A DNA stretch of 64,000 nt, from the NCBI GenBank assembly GCA_965277805.1, contig OZ255842.1, positions 2,264,894 through 2,328,893 of the forward strand, written 5' to 3'. The notes under the pieces are model-generated. The model was not told the DNA's origin. It ran no database searches and was given only the letters and a program-made list of their open reading frames with translations. The translations under genes and the position numbers were made by a program. Shown piece by piece: positions 45,567 through 55,256 of this stretch; within the stretch, counting starts at the first letter, position 1; each line of letters opens with the position of its first letter. The stretch is from Candidatus Lustribacter sp. (GTDB lineage: Bacteria; Vulcanimicrobiota; Vulcanimicrobiia; Vulcanimicrobiales; Vulcanimicrobiaceae).

Positions 45567-46294
45567 CAGGCCACCGCCTTGCCGAGATAGAGCGCAGCCA
45601 ATTCGTCAACCGTCGGCCGCCGCGCCGCTTGGAACACGGCGCGCCCGTTCTGCAGCACGATCGTAGCCTCGCGCTCGGAACTCAGCGGCACCGCCTTCTG
45701 CTCAACCAGCACGATCGCAAGGCCGCGTCCGAGCAGCATGCGCAACGCATCGTACACGTGCGCCACCGCGAGCGGTGCGAGGCCTAACGACGGCTCGTCC
45801 AGCAGCAGGACTTCAGGCTTCGCCAGGAGCGCCCGCGCGATCGCCAGCATCTGCATCTGGCCGCCGCTCAACGTACTGCAATCCTGATGCAAGCGCTCAC
45901 GCAGCACCGGAAATAGGGCGAACGCTTCGTCCAGATCCGCATCACGCGTCCCGCGTTTCTCAACTGCCGCAGAGTGGCGGCCGAGTTCGAGATTGTCGAG
46001 CACCGACAGGCCCTGCAACACGCCGCGGCCTTCGGGCACGAGCGCGATGCCGGCCCGCACGCGCCGGAACGCCGGCAGCGCGCTGATCGTTCGTCCGCGT
46101 AAAGAAACCGTTCCGGATTGCAACGGCACGGCGCCGGCCAAGGCGCGCACGAGGGTCGTTTTTCCCGCCCCATTCGGGCCGAGAATCACGGTCAAACTCG
46201 CGGGCGCGACCGCGAGCGAGATCGCATGCAGCGCGTCCACGCGACCGTAACGGACCGATATCTCGCTCGCGCCTAGGAGCGCCGGCTCCGCCAT
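45566..46294 (-). CDS. Liv-type ABC transporter ATP-binding protein (LivF-like)
   Basis: 242 aa with Walker A GPNGAGKTT, VPEGRGV, signature LSGGQMQML and LLLDEPSLGLAP. Confidence 0.9.
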   Translation of the reverse strand: MAEPALLGASEISVRYGRVDALHAISLAVAPASLTVILGPNGAGKTTLVRALAGAVPLQSGTVSLRGRTISALPAFRRVRAGIALVPEGRGVLQGLSVLDNLELGRHSAAVEKRGTRDADLDEAFALFPVLRERLHQDCSTLSGGQMQMLAIARALLAKPEVLLLDEPSLGLAPLAVAHVYDALRMLLGRGLAIVLVEQKAVPLSSEREATIVLQNGRAVFQAARRPTVDELAALYLGKAVA

Positions 46295-46316
46295 AACCGT
46301 CGCCGTGCTGTCCGCG

Positions 46317-47516
46317 CTAGCTCCCAGTCATCCGAACGTTGGGCTCGCTGAAGACGATCCCGATGCTACCGTCGGCGTTGAACTTCGCGATGCGCGACGG
46401 GGTCGCCGTCGCGGCCTGTCCGGTGTGATCGGCGGGCGTGAATTTGTAGAGCGCATTGCACCCTTGCACGGAGACCTTCTCGAGCGCCGCATGAATGTCG
46501 GGGCCTTTGGCCGACTTGGCCTGCGACACTGCGCGGTCGAGAACGCGCACCGCATCCCAGCCGAACGCGGCGCCGGAAATCGTCGCCATGCTCTTACCGG
46601 CCTTCGTATAGGCGCCGATGAAGGCGGCACACGCGGCCTTGGTCGCCGGGTTGTCGATGTTCGGATAAAGTTGCACGCCGGTCGCGTAGAAAACCGTGTT
46701 AGGGTACGCCGTCGCAACGTTCTTGTGAGTCGGCACGTCGTCGTCGCCCTGGACGAGCGGCACGGTCAGTCCGACCGCAGCTGCGGCCTTGCCCTCAACG
46801 ATGTGCGGCGCGCCGGTGAGGATGTCGAGCACGGCCTGCGCCCCGCTCGCCTTAACCCCGGACATCTGCGGCGTCATGTCGGTCAGCGACGGCTCGATAG
46901 CCTGCGAGTACACCACTTCCATGCCGAGCGCGTTAGCGCGCGCGGTCATGAATTTGGCCGCGCCTTGTCCGTACGGCGTCTGCGAATAGAGTAGCGCGAT
47001 TTTCTTCGCATGCAGCGTCTTGCTTGCGTAATCGACTTGGAGCGCATCGCCGAGCGCGTCACCGTGGGCGTTGATGAGGTTGACTGTAAACGCCCAGACC
47101 GGATTCGGCGGCAGCAGCGAGAACACGATTTGCGGCACCTGCGCGCGTTCGAGGATCGGCTCGATCGCTGTGTTCTGCGCCGAGCTTCCGCCGGTCAACA
47201 TGACGCTCACGCCGAACTGGTTGATCAGTTGGTTCGTCACCGTGACGCCGGTCGTCGCGTTCGAGGCATTGTCGAGCACGTGCAGGTTGATCTGGCGCCC
47301 GTCGATGCCGCCTTTGGCATTGAGCTCGTCGACGCCAAGCTTCACCCCATCGACGAATTGGCCATCGTAGCCGGCCAGGTAACCCGTGAGCCCGACCGGC
47401 ACGCCGACCTCGATCGGATCCTTGGCCGCGCCAAACGAGGCAGCGCCCGGCACGGTCAATGCGGCAACTAGGATGACGGCGGCCAGTGAACGGCCCCCGC
47501 GCGTCGCTCTCAACAT
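46317..47516 (-). CDS. Secreted LivJ-type (Peripla_BP_6) substrate-binding protein
   Basis: 399 aa with AGGAGG upstream and signal ..SLAAVILVAALTVPGAASFGAA. It has VGVPVGLTGYLAGYDGQFVDGVKLGVDELNAKGGIDGRQI. Confidence 0.85.
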   Translation of the reverse strand: MLRATRGGRSLAAVILVAALTVPGAASFGAAKDPIEVGVPVGLTGYLAGYDGQFVDGVKLGVDELNAKGGIDGRQINLHVLDNASNATTGVTVTNQLINQFGVSVMLTGGSSAQNTAIEPILERAQVPQIVFSLLPPNPVWAFTVNLINAHGDALGDALQVDYASKTLHAKKIALLYSQTPYGQGAAKFMTARANALGMEVVYSQAIEPSLTDMTPQMSGVKASGAQAVLDILTGAPHIVEGKAAAAVGLTVPLVQGDDDVPTHKNVATAYPNTVFYATGVQLYPNIDNPATKAACAAFIGAYTKAGKSMATISGAAFGWDAVRVLDRAVSQAKSAKGPDIHAALEKVSVQGCNALYKFTPADHTGQAATATPSRIAKFNADGSIGIVFSEPNVRMTGS

Positions 47517-47585
47517 CTTTGCCTCCTACCATTCGAGCCGCACCGGCAAGACGCGGCGCGGGCAGTCGAACGGCCCATATCGCCC

Positions 47586-47614
47586 AGGTTAGCGAACCGT
47601 CAATACAATGTCAA
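47586..47614 (-). promoter_or_regulatory. Candidate promoter of the liv/meta-cleavage operon within tandem TTGAC repeats
   Basis: On the minus strand this reads TTGACA (47609-47614), a 17-nt spacer, then TAACCT (47586-47591). The -35 box is part of the tandem ATTGT(A)TTGAC units at 47599-47620. This is the only AT-rich patch in the gap. Confidence 0.3.
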
Positions 47615-47622
47615 CAATATCG

Positions 47623-48303
47623 CTAACGAGATGGGTAACCGTGCTCCATGGCCCTCAGCAGCTCGGCCAGAACGTTCGTCACATGGAGGCGCATCGCGCG
47701 TTCGGCAGCCGGTCCGTCACCGGCAGCGATCGCCTCGACGATCGCGATATGCTCGGGCAGCGAGCGCGAGGGCCGGCCCGGGTTGAGAAGGCTGCGAATC
47801 TGGTAACGCACGGCCTGCACCTGCAGCGCCTCGACCTCGCGCTCCGCCAACGGCTGGTCGGCGATCGCGAAAATTGTCTTATGAAGAACAGAATTCAGCT
47901 TCGAATAAGCGAACAGGTCGCCGGCCGCGAGGACGTCCTCCATCTGCGCGAGGATCTTCTGCAGCTGCGCGATGCCCTCGGGCGTTCGGCGCTGCGCCGC
48001 TCGATCGGCCACGAAACCCTCGATCACCGCACGCAATTCGAGAATCTGAATCGCTTCCGACTGCGTGAATACGCGAACGCGCGCCCCAAAGTTGGGCTGG
48101 CGGACGATCAGGCCTTCCTGTTCGAGGCGGGCGAAGGCGGTGCGCAAATAGCCGCGGGTGGTGCCATGTCGGGCAATGATCTCGGCTTCGACGAGCCGCT
48201 CGTTCGGAAGGAGCGCGCCCTCCATGATATCGGCTTTGAGCTGCTCGTAAATCCGAACGTCCGGCCGCGGCGCGACACCAGCCGATCCTGCTAACGCTTC
48301 CAC
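47623..48303 (-). CDS. GntR-family (FadR/FCD subfamily) transcriptional regulator
   Basis: 226 aa with a GTG start. The wHTH reads IYEQLKADIMEGALLPNERLVEAEIIARHGTTRGYLRTAFARLEQEGLI, followed by a C-terminal all-helical FCD-like domain. Confidence 0.9.
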   Translation of the reverse strand: MEALAGSAGVAPRPDVRIYEQLKADIMEGALLPNERLVEAEIIARHGTTRGYLRTAFARLEQEGLIVRQPNFGARVRVFTQSEAIQILELRAVIEGFVADRAAQRRTPEGIAQLQKILAQMEDVLAAGDLFAYSKLNSVLHKTIFAIADQPLAEREVEALQVQAVRYQIRSLLNPGRPSRSLPEHIAIVEAIAAGDGPAAERAMRLHVTNVLAELLRAMEHGYPSR

Positions 48304-48421
48304 GGTGTACCTATTCTTCCGAGACCGGCACGGTCATGCACAAGGGGAAGGTCGCAGCGGAACGAACACGATGGTTAACAATTTCGTTTACGAGCGTATT
48401 TTCCTGCCCTAAGGGGGAACC

Positions 48422-49441
48422 ATGCAGCCATATGATCGGGAAGGCACCAAGGCCTGGGCCCGTGCCAACATGCGGGGTGTCTGCAATGTGCTGATGCCGT
48501 CGTTCTCGGCCGATCTGAAGAGGCTCAACGAGGAAGGCATCCGCCACGACGTCCGCATGTGTAAGTCGCTCGGCTTCTGGGGCACGCTGGCGGTATCGGA
48601 GTGCGGCACAACGATCGAGGAGTACGTCCGTTTCGTCGAGATTGCCGTCGACGAAGCCGGCAAGGATTTCCACATCATGTTCCACGCCAGCTTCGATACG
48701 CTCGAAGATACGATTCGCGCCGGTAAGGCCTGTGCGGCTGCCGGCGCCGACACGATGCTGCTTTCCTATGCGCCCACGTTCTATCCGACGAGCGAAGACG
48801 ACGTCTATGCGTATTCGATAAAAGCAATGGAAGAGATTCCGCTTGCGACAGTCCTCTTTGCCGTGCACTTGTGGGATTTTGCCCGGCTGCACCCGGCGGA
48901 AATGTCACCGCAACTCGTCTCACGCCTCGCCGATCACCCGCGTGCGGTCGCATTCAAATGCGAAGGCGGCGGCAACACCAACGCGCCGCACGTCGACGCG
49001 CTGCGCCTGTGCGGCGACAGGCTACTCATTTCCGATCCACGCGAAGGCAACGCGCCCGGCCACATCAAGTGGTTCGGCATGCAATGGATGGGAACGAGCA
49101 TCTTTCAGTTTTTCGGCGATAACGTACCGAAGTATTTCAACCTGATGCATGAAGAGCGCTGGGATGAGGCCATGGAGATTTTCTGGTGCATCCAGCCGGC
49201 TCGCGCCGCCCGCCTCGCATTTTCTGCTACCTATTTGGGCGGCGCGCATTTCATCCACCGTTTGAGCTGGAAGTACATGGAGTGGCTCGTCGGCTTCAAC
49301 GGCGGTCCCCTGCGTCTCCCGACGATGCGCCTAACCGACGCCGCAACCCGCCGTCTCGCCGAGGGCCTGATCCGCAGCAAGATCATCGAGAAAGCCCCGG
49401 GCACGCTCGGCGACTTCTACGTCGGTCGCAACCCAACCTAA
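48422..49441 (+). CDS. Dihydrodipicolinate synthase/N-acetylneuraminate lyase (DHDPS)-family protein, divergent
   Basis: 339 aa with AAGGGGGA upstream. The TIM-barrel DHDPS-like layout has a candidate Schiff-base Lys in ..AVAFKCEGG... The canonical GTTGE and PYY motifs are replaced by VSECG and APTFY. Confidence 0.65.
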   Translation: MQPYDREGTKAWARANMRGVCNVLMPSFSADLKRLNEEGIRHDVRMCKSLGFWGTLAVSECGTTIEEYVRFVEIAVDEAGKDFHIMFHASFDTLEDTIRAGKACAAAGADTMLLSYAPTFYPTSEDDVYAYSIKAMEEIPLATVLFAVHLWDFARLHPAEMSPQLVSRLADHPRAVAFKCEGGGNTNAPHVDALRLCGDRLLISDPREGNAPGHIKWFGMQWMGTSIFQFFGDNVPKYFNLMHEERWDEAMEIFWCIQPARAARLAFSATYLGGAHFIHRLSWKYMEWLVGFNGGPLRLPTMRLTDAATRRLAEGLIRSKIIEKAPGTLGDFYVGRNPT

Positions 49442-49470
49442 ATGTCATCTCCTATCCCGAGGGTCCAATC

Positions 49471-50502
49471 ATGCTTCTGATCGATGACGCTGCCATCGAG
49501 AAAACGATGGCGTCGGTCAACGTCCTCGACGATCTCGAACGCATGCTGACGCGTTCCGACGCCGGCGCACTCGAGCTCCCCGCCCGTCTCACGATCAACG
49601 ACAAACAAGGCGGCTTCCTGCGCCTGATGCCGGCCATCAACTACGACATCGGTTATGCCGGGTTCAAAGCGATGAACATGCACCCGCAGTTCGGCGTGCG
49701 CTACATGATCGCGATGATCCGGCTCGACACGGGGGAACTCGAAGCGCTGCTCGATGCCGACTGGATCACCGCATGCCGCACCTCGGCAACGGCGGCGATC
49801 GCCGTTCGTCACCTCAAACCACCGGTCGAAGACACCGTCGCCGTCATCGGCTCGGGAACGCAGGCGCGCGCCCTGCTCGATGCGGCGTCGCTCGTGCTCA
49901 AACCGAAACGCGTGCTCGTCTTCTCGCCGACGGCTGAAAATCGCGAGCGCTTCGCCGCCGAGGCCGCCAAGGAACTCGGCCTGACCGTCACCGCCGTGGC
50001 GACCGCCGATGAGGCCATTCGCCCGGCCGACATCGTGCTGAGCGCATTTCGCGCAAAATCCACTCCCGTAATCCAGCTTGACGCCGTGCGCCCCGGCGCA
50101 CTGGTCTGCGGCATAAGCTCGGTGCGCCCACAGCACCGCGAAGTCGACGTCGAGCTGTGGCAAAACAGCCGCGTGGTCGTGGATGATCTGGCGCACGTCC
50201 GCGAGTCCGGCGACGGCAAAGCCGCAACCGAACGCGGTCTCACGGCGGAGACCGACGTCGCCGAGCTGTGGCAAATCCTCGGCAATCCGGCACTGGGCCG
50301 CCGTTCTCCCGACGAACGCGTGCTCTTCAAATCAGTCGGTACCGCCGAGCAAGACATCGCGCTTGCCGCGCTCGTCCTCAAGCGCGCGAAAGCGCTCGGC
50401 TTGGGCCAAGACGTTGGGGGGTTCCCGGCTTTGCGTCCGATCCAATCGGAAGCCGATCGTGCCGCCATCGCAGCACAGACCGCAGGAGCACAACAGAAAT
50501 GA
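49471..50502 (+). CDS. Ornithine cyclodeaminase/mu-crystallin-family NAD(P)-dependent enzyme
   Basis: The real start is the ATG at 49471 (MLLIDDAAIEKT..). It has ITACRTSATAA, the Rossmann motif VIGSGTQA and FKSVGTAEQDIA. Confidence 0.85.
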   Translation: MLLIDDAAIEKTMASVNVLDDLERMLTRSDAGALELPARLTINDKQGGFLRLMPAINYDIGYAGFKAMNMHPQFGVRYMIAMIRLDTGELEALLDADWITACRTSATAAIAVRHLKPPVEDTVAVIGSGTQARALLDAASLVLKPKRVLVFSPTAENRERFAAEAAKELGLTVTAVATADEAIRPADIVLSAFRAKSTPVIQLDAVRPGALVCGISSVRPQHREVDVELWQNSRVVVDDLAHVRESGDGKAATERGLTAETDVAELWQILGNPALGRRSPDERVLFKSVGTAEQDIALAALVLKRAKALGLGQDVGGFPALRPIQSEADRAAIAAQTAGAQQK

Positions 50503-51425
50503 AACGACAGACATTTGTCTCGGCCTCGCTCGGAGCGCTCTTCGCCGCCTCGAGCCGCATTGCAGCGGCGGACGACGCTACGGCCATTCGGATCGCCTGC
50601 ACGCCGGCCACGGCAACGTCGGAGGCCTACATCACCGATCAGCTCGGCTATTTTAAAAAAGCCGGTCTCAACGTGACGGTAACGCAGATCGCTCAAAATC
50701 CGTTAATTCTCGATGCCGTCGTAACCGGATCGCAAGATATCGGGGTCGCGACGCCGCTAACCGTCGGGAACGCGATTCTGCACGGCCTTCCGTTGCGAGC
50801 GATCGGCACCGGCATGCTGTATACAGAGAGCCAAACTGCGCTCTGCGTCGCGAAGGATTCACCGATCACGAATGCCCAGGGCCTGCAAGGCGCCGTTGTC
50901 GGCGTCGCCGTGATGAACGAAATCCAGTCGCTCGGGGTTCTGTCCTATCTCGACAAGTATCACGTCGATAAACAGTCCGTGCATTTCATCGAAGCCCCGA
51001 TGCAGTCGATGGCCGGTGCGCTCAAGCGCGGTGCGATTCAAGCCGCCGTGATCGGCGAGCCCTTTATAACGGCGTCGCGCGATGACATACGGATTATTCC
51101 CCGTGCCTTCGATGCGCTCGGAAATGAATTCGGATTCCACGTCTGGTACACGCGGTCCGATTTCGCCAAGAAGAACTCGGCCGCGCTCACGACGATGATG
51201 CAGCAAGTGTACGCCGCTGCAAAGCTTTGCAACACGAAACCGGCGGCGGTGGAGAGCCTGATGGGGGCGTGGTCTAAGCTGACTCCGGAAGTCGAGCACC
51301 GTGTTGCCCAACCGGTCTTCGCCACCGAGATGACAGAGCAGCAGTTCAAAAAAATCCTGGAGCTGGCTACCGGCTACAAGCTTTTCCCCCGTCCACTGAC
51401 CTACCGCGAACTCACCACCAACTAG
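50499..51425 (+). CDS. Secreted NMT1/SsuA-like substrate-binding protein
   Basis: The ATG at 50499 forms an ATGA overlap with the OCD stop. The signal is MKRQTFVSASLGALFAASSRIAAA. It has DSPITNAQGLQGAVVGV and ..HVDKQSVHFIEAP. Confidence 0.8.
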   Translation: MKRQTFVSASLGALFAASSRIAAADDATAIRIACTPATATSEAYITDQLGYFKKAGLNVTVTQIAQNPLILDAVVTGSQDIGVATPLTVGNAILHGLPLRAIGTGMLYTESQTALCVAKDSPITNAQGLQGAVVGVAVMNEIQSLGVLSYLDKYHVDKQSVHFIEAPMQSMAGALKRGAIQAAVIGEPFITASRDDIRIIPRAFDALGNEFGFHVWYTRSDFAKKNSAALTTMMQQVYAAAKLCNTKPAAVESLMGAWSKLTPEVEHRVAQPVFATEMTEQQFKKILELATGYKLFPRPLTYRELTTN

Positions 51426-51436
51426 CGGGGAAGCGC

Positions 51437-52447
51437 ATGTACCACCACTTCCTCTGGGAAGATATCGGCAACGGCATCTGGTTCGGAAAGGCGCATCCCC
51501 ACTCGTTTCAGAGCGGAAATACGGTAATCATCGCTCTTCCGACCGGCGGTTCGCTCGTCGTCGACCCGCAAGTCGCGTCGTTCGTCGGCCGCGAAATCGT
51601 CGCGAAGGCGAATGCGGTCGGTGCCGGCCCGGTCAAGTACGTCGTCGATACGCATCTGCACCAAGACCACTGCGGCGGCAATGCGGCGTTCAAGCAGGCC
51701 TACCCCGGCGTCAAGATCATTGCTCATGCGAACACGTGCGCGACGATACCGCTCAAAACGATCCCACGTATGAAATCGCGTCTCGCGGGCCAAAGGGCGC
51801 AACTCGAAGGCCTCCGGCAGTGCCGCGCCGGCATGTCTGCCGGCGACCCGGAAACCGCTGCCCTCGATCTCAAGATCGAAGGCTTCCGACGTTACCTCGA
51901 AGAGGCAGAGCACTTCGACTGGGTGTTGCCGGATACCAAGCTCGACCTCGAGCCGGGCGGAACGTACGTCATAAATGATGGCGACCGCCGCATCGAAATC
52001 GGCTACTTCGGCCGCGCCCACACCGACGGCGCTCTCGTCGTCTTCCTTCCGAACGACAAAGTCATCGCCAGCGGCGATATCTGGCTCGAGAACACCGGCT
52101 TCATGATGCTCGATGCGGGCCTCGACGGCCGTGACGGTTCCGTGATCGAGACTCCGGTCACGCAAAACGCGATCCGCAAGCTGAACTTCGATACGACTCT
52201 CCCGGGGCACGACGATATCCTTCGAGGCAAAACAGCCCTCGACGCAGCGATCGCCAGCAGCACGCAATTCGTCGACCAAATCAAAACCCGATACGCCGGC
52301 GGCGAAGAAATCGAAACCATCCTTACCAACATGCCGCCGCCGCCCGACACCAACACGTTCTTTCAGGCCTGGTGGCGCCGCACCGTTATCCGCGGCTTCG
52401 AAGAACTAGAACTCCGCCGTCAACTCGGTCTGTCGTTGCCATCCTGA
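51437..52447 (+). CDS. Metallo-beta-lactamase-fold hydrolase
   Basis: 336 aa. It has the HLHQDHCGG (HxHxDH) motif and a later GHD motif. Confidence 0.85.
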   Translation: MYHHFLWEDIGNGIWFGKAHPHSFQSGNTVIIALPTGGSLVVDPQVASFVGREIVAKANAVGAGPVKYVVDTHLHQDHCGGNAAFKQAYPGVKIIAHANTCATIPLKTIPRMKSRLAGQRAQLEGLRQCRAGMSAGDPETAALDLKIEGFRRYLEEAEHFDWVLPDTKLDLEPGGTYVINDGDRRIEIGYFGRAHTDGALVVFLPNDKVIASGDIWLENTGFMMLDAGLDGRDGSVIETPVTQNAIRKLNFDTTLPGHDDILRGKTALDAAIASSTQFVDQIKTRYAGGEEIETILTNMPPPPDTNTFFQAWWRRTVIRGFEELELRRQLGLSLPS

Positions 52448-52488
52448 AACTCGTCGAGGTGGCGAGCCCGGCGGCGAAATCACAGCGG

Positions 52489-53511
52489 CTAGACCGGACC
52501 TTTCGCCGCCAGGATCGCTGCATCGCGCGCGATCGACATGTCGGCCACTTTATCCAGCGGCAGCACCGCCTTCTGCACCCCGAGCGCGACGTTGAGCTGC
52601 TGCATGTAGTTGATGCGCTCGGGCGAGAGGACGATCGCGGTATTGAACGCTTTGTTCTCTTGGATCCAGTCCCACAGGTCGGTCGCGAGTTCTTCCGTGT
52701 CGGGCCCTACGCCGTCCTTATACGCATCGATCCACGCTTGTTTCGATGACGGGCCGTCGACGTATTTGTACGCGCGCCCGTAGGCGGCTAACGTTTTCAC
52801 CAGCAAATCCCGCTTGCCGGTGATCGCTGAGATCGGCGAAAATGCGCCCTGATTGGTGAATTGCGGAATCACCTTGGCGAAGTCGCAGAGCACGCGAACG
52901 CCGAGCTTCACGGCCGTGCGCGAGAACTCGTGCTGTGCCGCACCCGCATCGACTTTCTTGGCCGCTACCGCTTTGAAGATGTCGGAACTGCTGCCGATGT
53001 TGACGAAGTTAACCTTATTGAGGTCGACGCCATATTTGCGCAGCACCGCGGCCGTCGAGGTGTTCAAGAGCGCGCCGAGAGCCCCGGTGCCGATCGACTT
53101 GCCTTCCAAGTCTTTCACCGTTTTGATCGCCGGGTTACCCGTGTACATCGCGAAGCTGACCGGCAGGATCGCGCTACCCACGAGCTTGATCTGCGCACCG
53201 TTTTCGATTGCGGTGAAGACTTGACTGAAGCCCGTGAGGATCGCGATGTCGGACATGCCGTTCACGACCGAAGCCATGAGTTTGACGCCGTCGGAGACGT
53301 TTTGCGTATCTTCGCTGATGCCCAGGGCCTGAAAATACTTGCGGTTTTTGATCAGGGCTTGCAACGCGAACGAATCGTTCGAGCCCGTGTTGATGATGTT
53401 GACCGTTTCGCCGGCCGCCCGGACGACGGCCGGCGCAGCTGCAAATGCAGCGGCGGCAGCAAGTCCGGTCAAGAATCCCGGGCGCGTCGATGTGGTGTCT
53501 ACGTCAGGCAT
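52489..53511 (-). CDS. Secreted NMT1/SsuA-like substrate-binding protein (adjacent, divergent to the only NitT/TauT-type ABC genes)
   Basis: 340 aa with signal ..TRPGFLTGLAAAAAFAAAPAVVRAAG. It has the PBP type-2 pattern ..VKDLEGKSIGTGALG... Confidence 0.8.
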   Translation of the reverse strand: MPDVDTTSTRPGFLTGLAAAAAFAAAPAVVRAAGETVNIINTGSNDSFALQALIKNRKYFQALGISEDTQNVSDGVKLMASVVNGMSDIAILTGFSQVFTAIENGAQIKLVGSAILPVSFAMYTGNPAIKTVKDLEGKSIGTGALGALLNTSTAAVLRKYGVDLNKVNFVNIGSSSDIFKAVAAKKVDAGAAQHEFSRTAVKLGVRVLCDFAKVIPQFTNQGAFSPISAITGKRDLLVKTLAAYGRAYKYVDGPSSKQAWIDAYKDGVGPDTEELATDLWDWIQENKAFNTAIVLSPERINYMQQLNVALGVQKAVLPLDKVADMSIARDAAILAAKGPV

Positions 53512-53601
53512 TTGAACGTTTCCAATCGCTGCGTTCGCAACATTTATAGGTGGGCTTCCAAAGGAATACGTCGGCGGAAAGGGCGACTGATTCCTGTTGT
53601 G

Positions 53602-54420
53602 ATGATCGATCCCGCTCGCTCGAACACCGCGAAGCTCTCGGTTCGCTCGGTCTCGAAGACGTTTCGGGTCGCAGGCGAAGACAAGTCGTTCCGGCTGTTG
53701 CCGGTGCTGCGCAATATCAGTTTCGACGTATTCGAAACCGAGATCGTCTCACTCATCGGTGAGAGTGGCAGCGGCAAGACGACGATGTTGCGCATCGTCC
53801 AAGGCTTGATCAAAGCGGATTCCGGCGAAATTGCCGTTAGCGGTAAGCCCATTCGGGGGCCGGGCTACGACCGCGGGATCGTGTTTCAGCAAGCGAACCT
53901 GCTGCCGTGGCTCAACGCCCAGAGCAACGTGGAGTTCGGGCTCGAGTTGAAAGGCATCCCCAAAGTCGAGCGCTCCGAGCGAGCGCGCGCGTTGTTGCAG
54001 CTCGTCGGCCTCACCGAATTTGCCCGTCAGTACCCGCATCAGCTCTCAGGCGGGATGCAGCAGCGCATCGGCGTTGCCCGCGCTCTTGCGATCGACCCGG
54101 AAATTCTGCTCATGGACGAGCCGTTCAGCGCGCTCGATGCGCAAACGCGCGAATCACTTCAACACGAGCTGCTCAGCATCCACGTCAAAACGCGAAAGAC
54201 GATTCTCTTCGTCACCCACGATCTAGATGAAGCGGTGTACCTCAGCGACCGCGTGATCGTCATGGGCTCCCGGCCGGGTCACGTCAAGGACGTCATCGAC
54301 GTACCGTTTGCGCGTCCGCGTCCGAGTCTCACGGAGATGCGCGGTAACCCCACCTTTCTTGAGCTGCGCGATCACATCTGGCAGCGGATTCGCCCGCCGG
54401 AAACAGTCGGCGTCCAATGA
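53602..54420 (+). CDS. NitT/TauT (SsuB/TauB)-family ABC transporter ATP-binding protein
   Basis: The real start is the ATG at 53602. It has Walker [19 protein letters not shown], signature LSGGMQQR and Walker [12 protein letters not shown]. Confidence 0.9.
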   Translation: MIDPARSNTAKLSVRSVSKTFRVAGEDKSFRLLPVLRNISFDVFETEIVSLIGESGSGKTTMLRIVQGLIKADSGEIAVSGKPIRGPGYDRGIVFQQANLLPWLNAQSNVEFGLELKGIPKVERSERARALLQLVGLTEFARQYPHQLSGGMQQRIGVARALAIDPEILLMDEPFSALDAQTRESLQHELLSIHVKTRKTILFVTHDLDEAVYLSDRVIVMGSRPGHVKDVIDVPFARPRPSLTEMRGNPTFLELRDHIWQRIRPPETVGVQ

Positions 54421-55256
54421 ACGCCGACGTTGAAGCGAGCACGCTGCCGCCCGAGGAGCTGCTTGAAACGATCGGCCCCGACGACGTCTTCGCCAAACGC
54501 AAGCGTCGCTACATCGTCATTCGCATCTGCTCGATCATCTTCGCGTTCGCCATCTGGGAAGTGTTCGGACGGCAAGTCAATCCGCTCTTCATGTCCTACC
54601 CGAGTAAAATCGTGCTCGGCGCCCTCTCGCTGATCCAAGCCGGGACACTGCAAGCCGCATTGCTCGAGAGCTTGCGCACGCTCGTGCTGGGTTACGCCGG
54701 CGGTGCGTTGTTCGGTGTTCTCGTCGGCCTTGCGGTCGGACGTTATCGTGAAGTCGAGGCTGCGCTGGATTGGCTGATCAACGCCTTCTACGCAACGCCG
54801 CTGGTCGCATTGATTCCGCTCGTGATCCTCTGGTTCGGCCTCGGATTTACGGCGAAGCTGTTCATCGTCTTCCTATTCACGCTTTTTCCGGTGTTGATCA
54901 ACACCTCGATCGGCGTGCGAAACGTGAACCGCTCCCTTATCGACGTGGGCGTTGCGTTCGTCGCCAACGAGCGCCAGATCTTCACGCGCATCATCCTGCC
55001 GGCGTCCCTGCCCTACGTCATGGCCGGCCTGCGCCTAGGCATCGGCCGCGCCATCATCGGCATGGTGACTGCCGAGTTCTTTACGGCGATCAGCGGCCTC
55101 GGCGGTCTGGTCGTCAAGTACGGCAACCAATTCCGCACCGACGAAATGCTCGTTCCGGTTATCATCCTCATGTGCCTCGGCGTTATCCTCACCGGGTCGC
55201 TGCAGCGCGCCGAACAACTCATCGCTCCCTGGAAGAGTAACGAGAACAATGAATAG
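54417..55256 (+). CDS. NitT/TauT (SsuC/TauC)-family ABC transporter permease
   Basis: It forms an ATGA overlap with the ATPase gene. The product is 279 aa and polytopic. The EAA-loop region reads DVGVAFVANERQIFTRIILPASLPYVMAGLRLG. Confidence 0.9.
   Translation: MNADVEASTLPPEELLETIGPDDVFAKRKRRYIVIRICSIIFAFAIWEVFGRQVNPLFMSYPSKIVLGALSLIQAGTLQAALLESLRTLVLGYAGGALFGVLVGLAVGRYREVEAALDWLINAFYATPLVALIPLVILWFGLGFTAKLFIVFLFTLFPVLINTSIGVRNVNRSLIDVGVAFVANERQIFTRIILPASLPYVMAGLRLGIGRAIIGMVTAEFFTAISGLGGLVVKYGNQFRTDEMLVPVIILMCLGVILTGSLQRAEQLIAPWKSNENNE

Noticed and set aside
44611-45609. N-terminal half of the 607-aa ORF 43786-45609 as part of a giant ATPase.
   Set aside because: That part is an out-of-frame shadow of the LivM-like permease gene (44580-45566). 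ABC ATPase motifs start only after about 44580.
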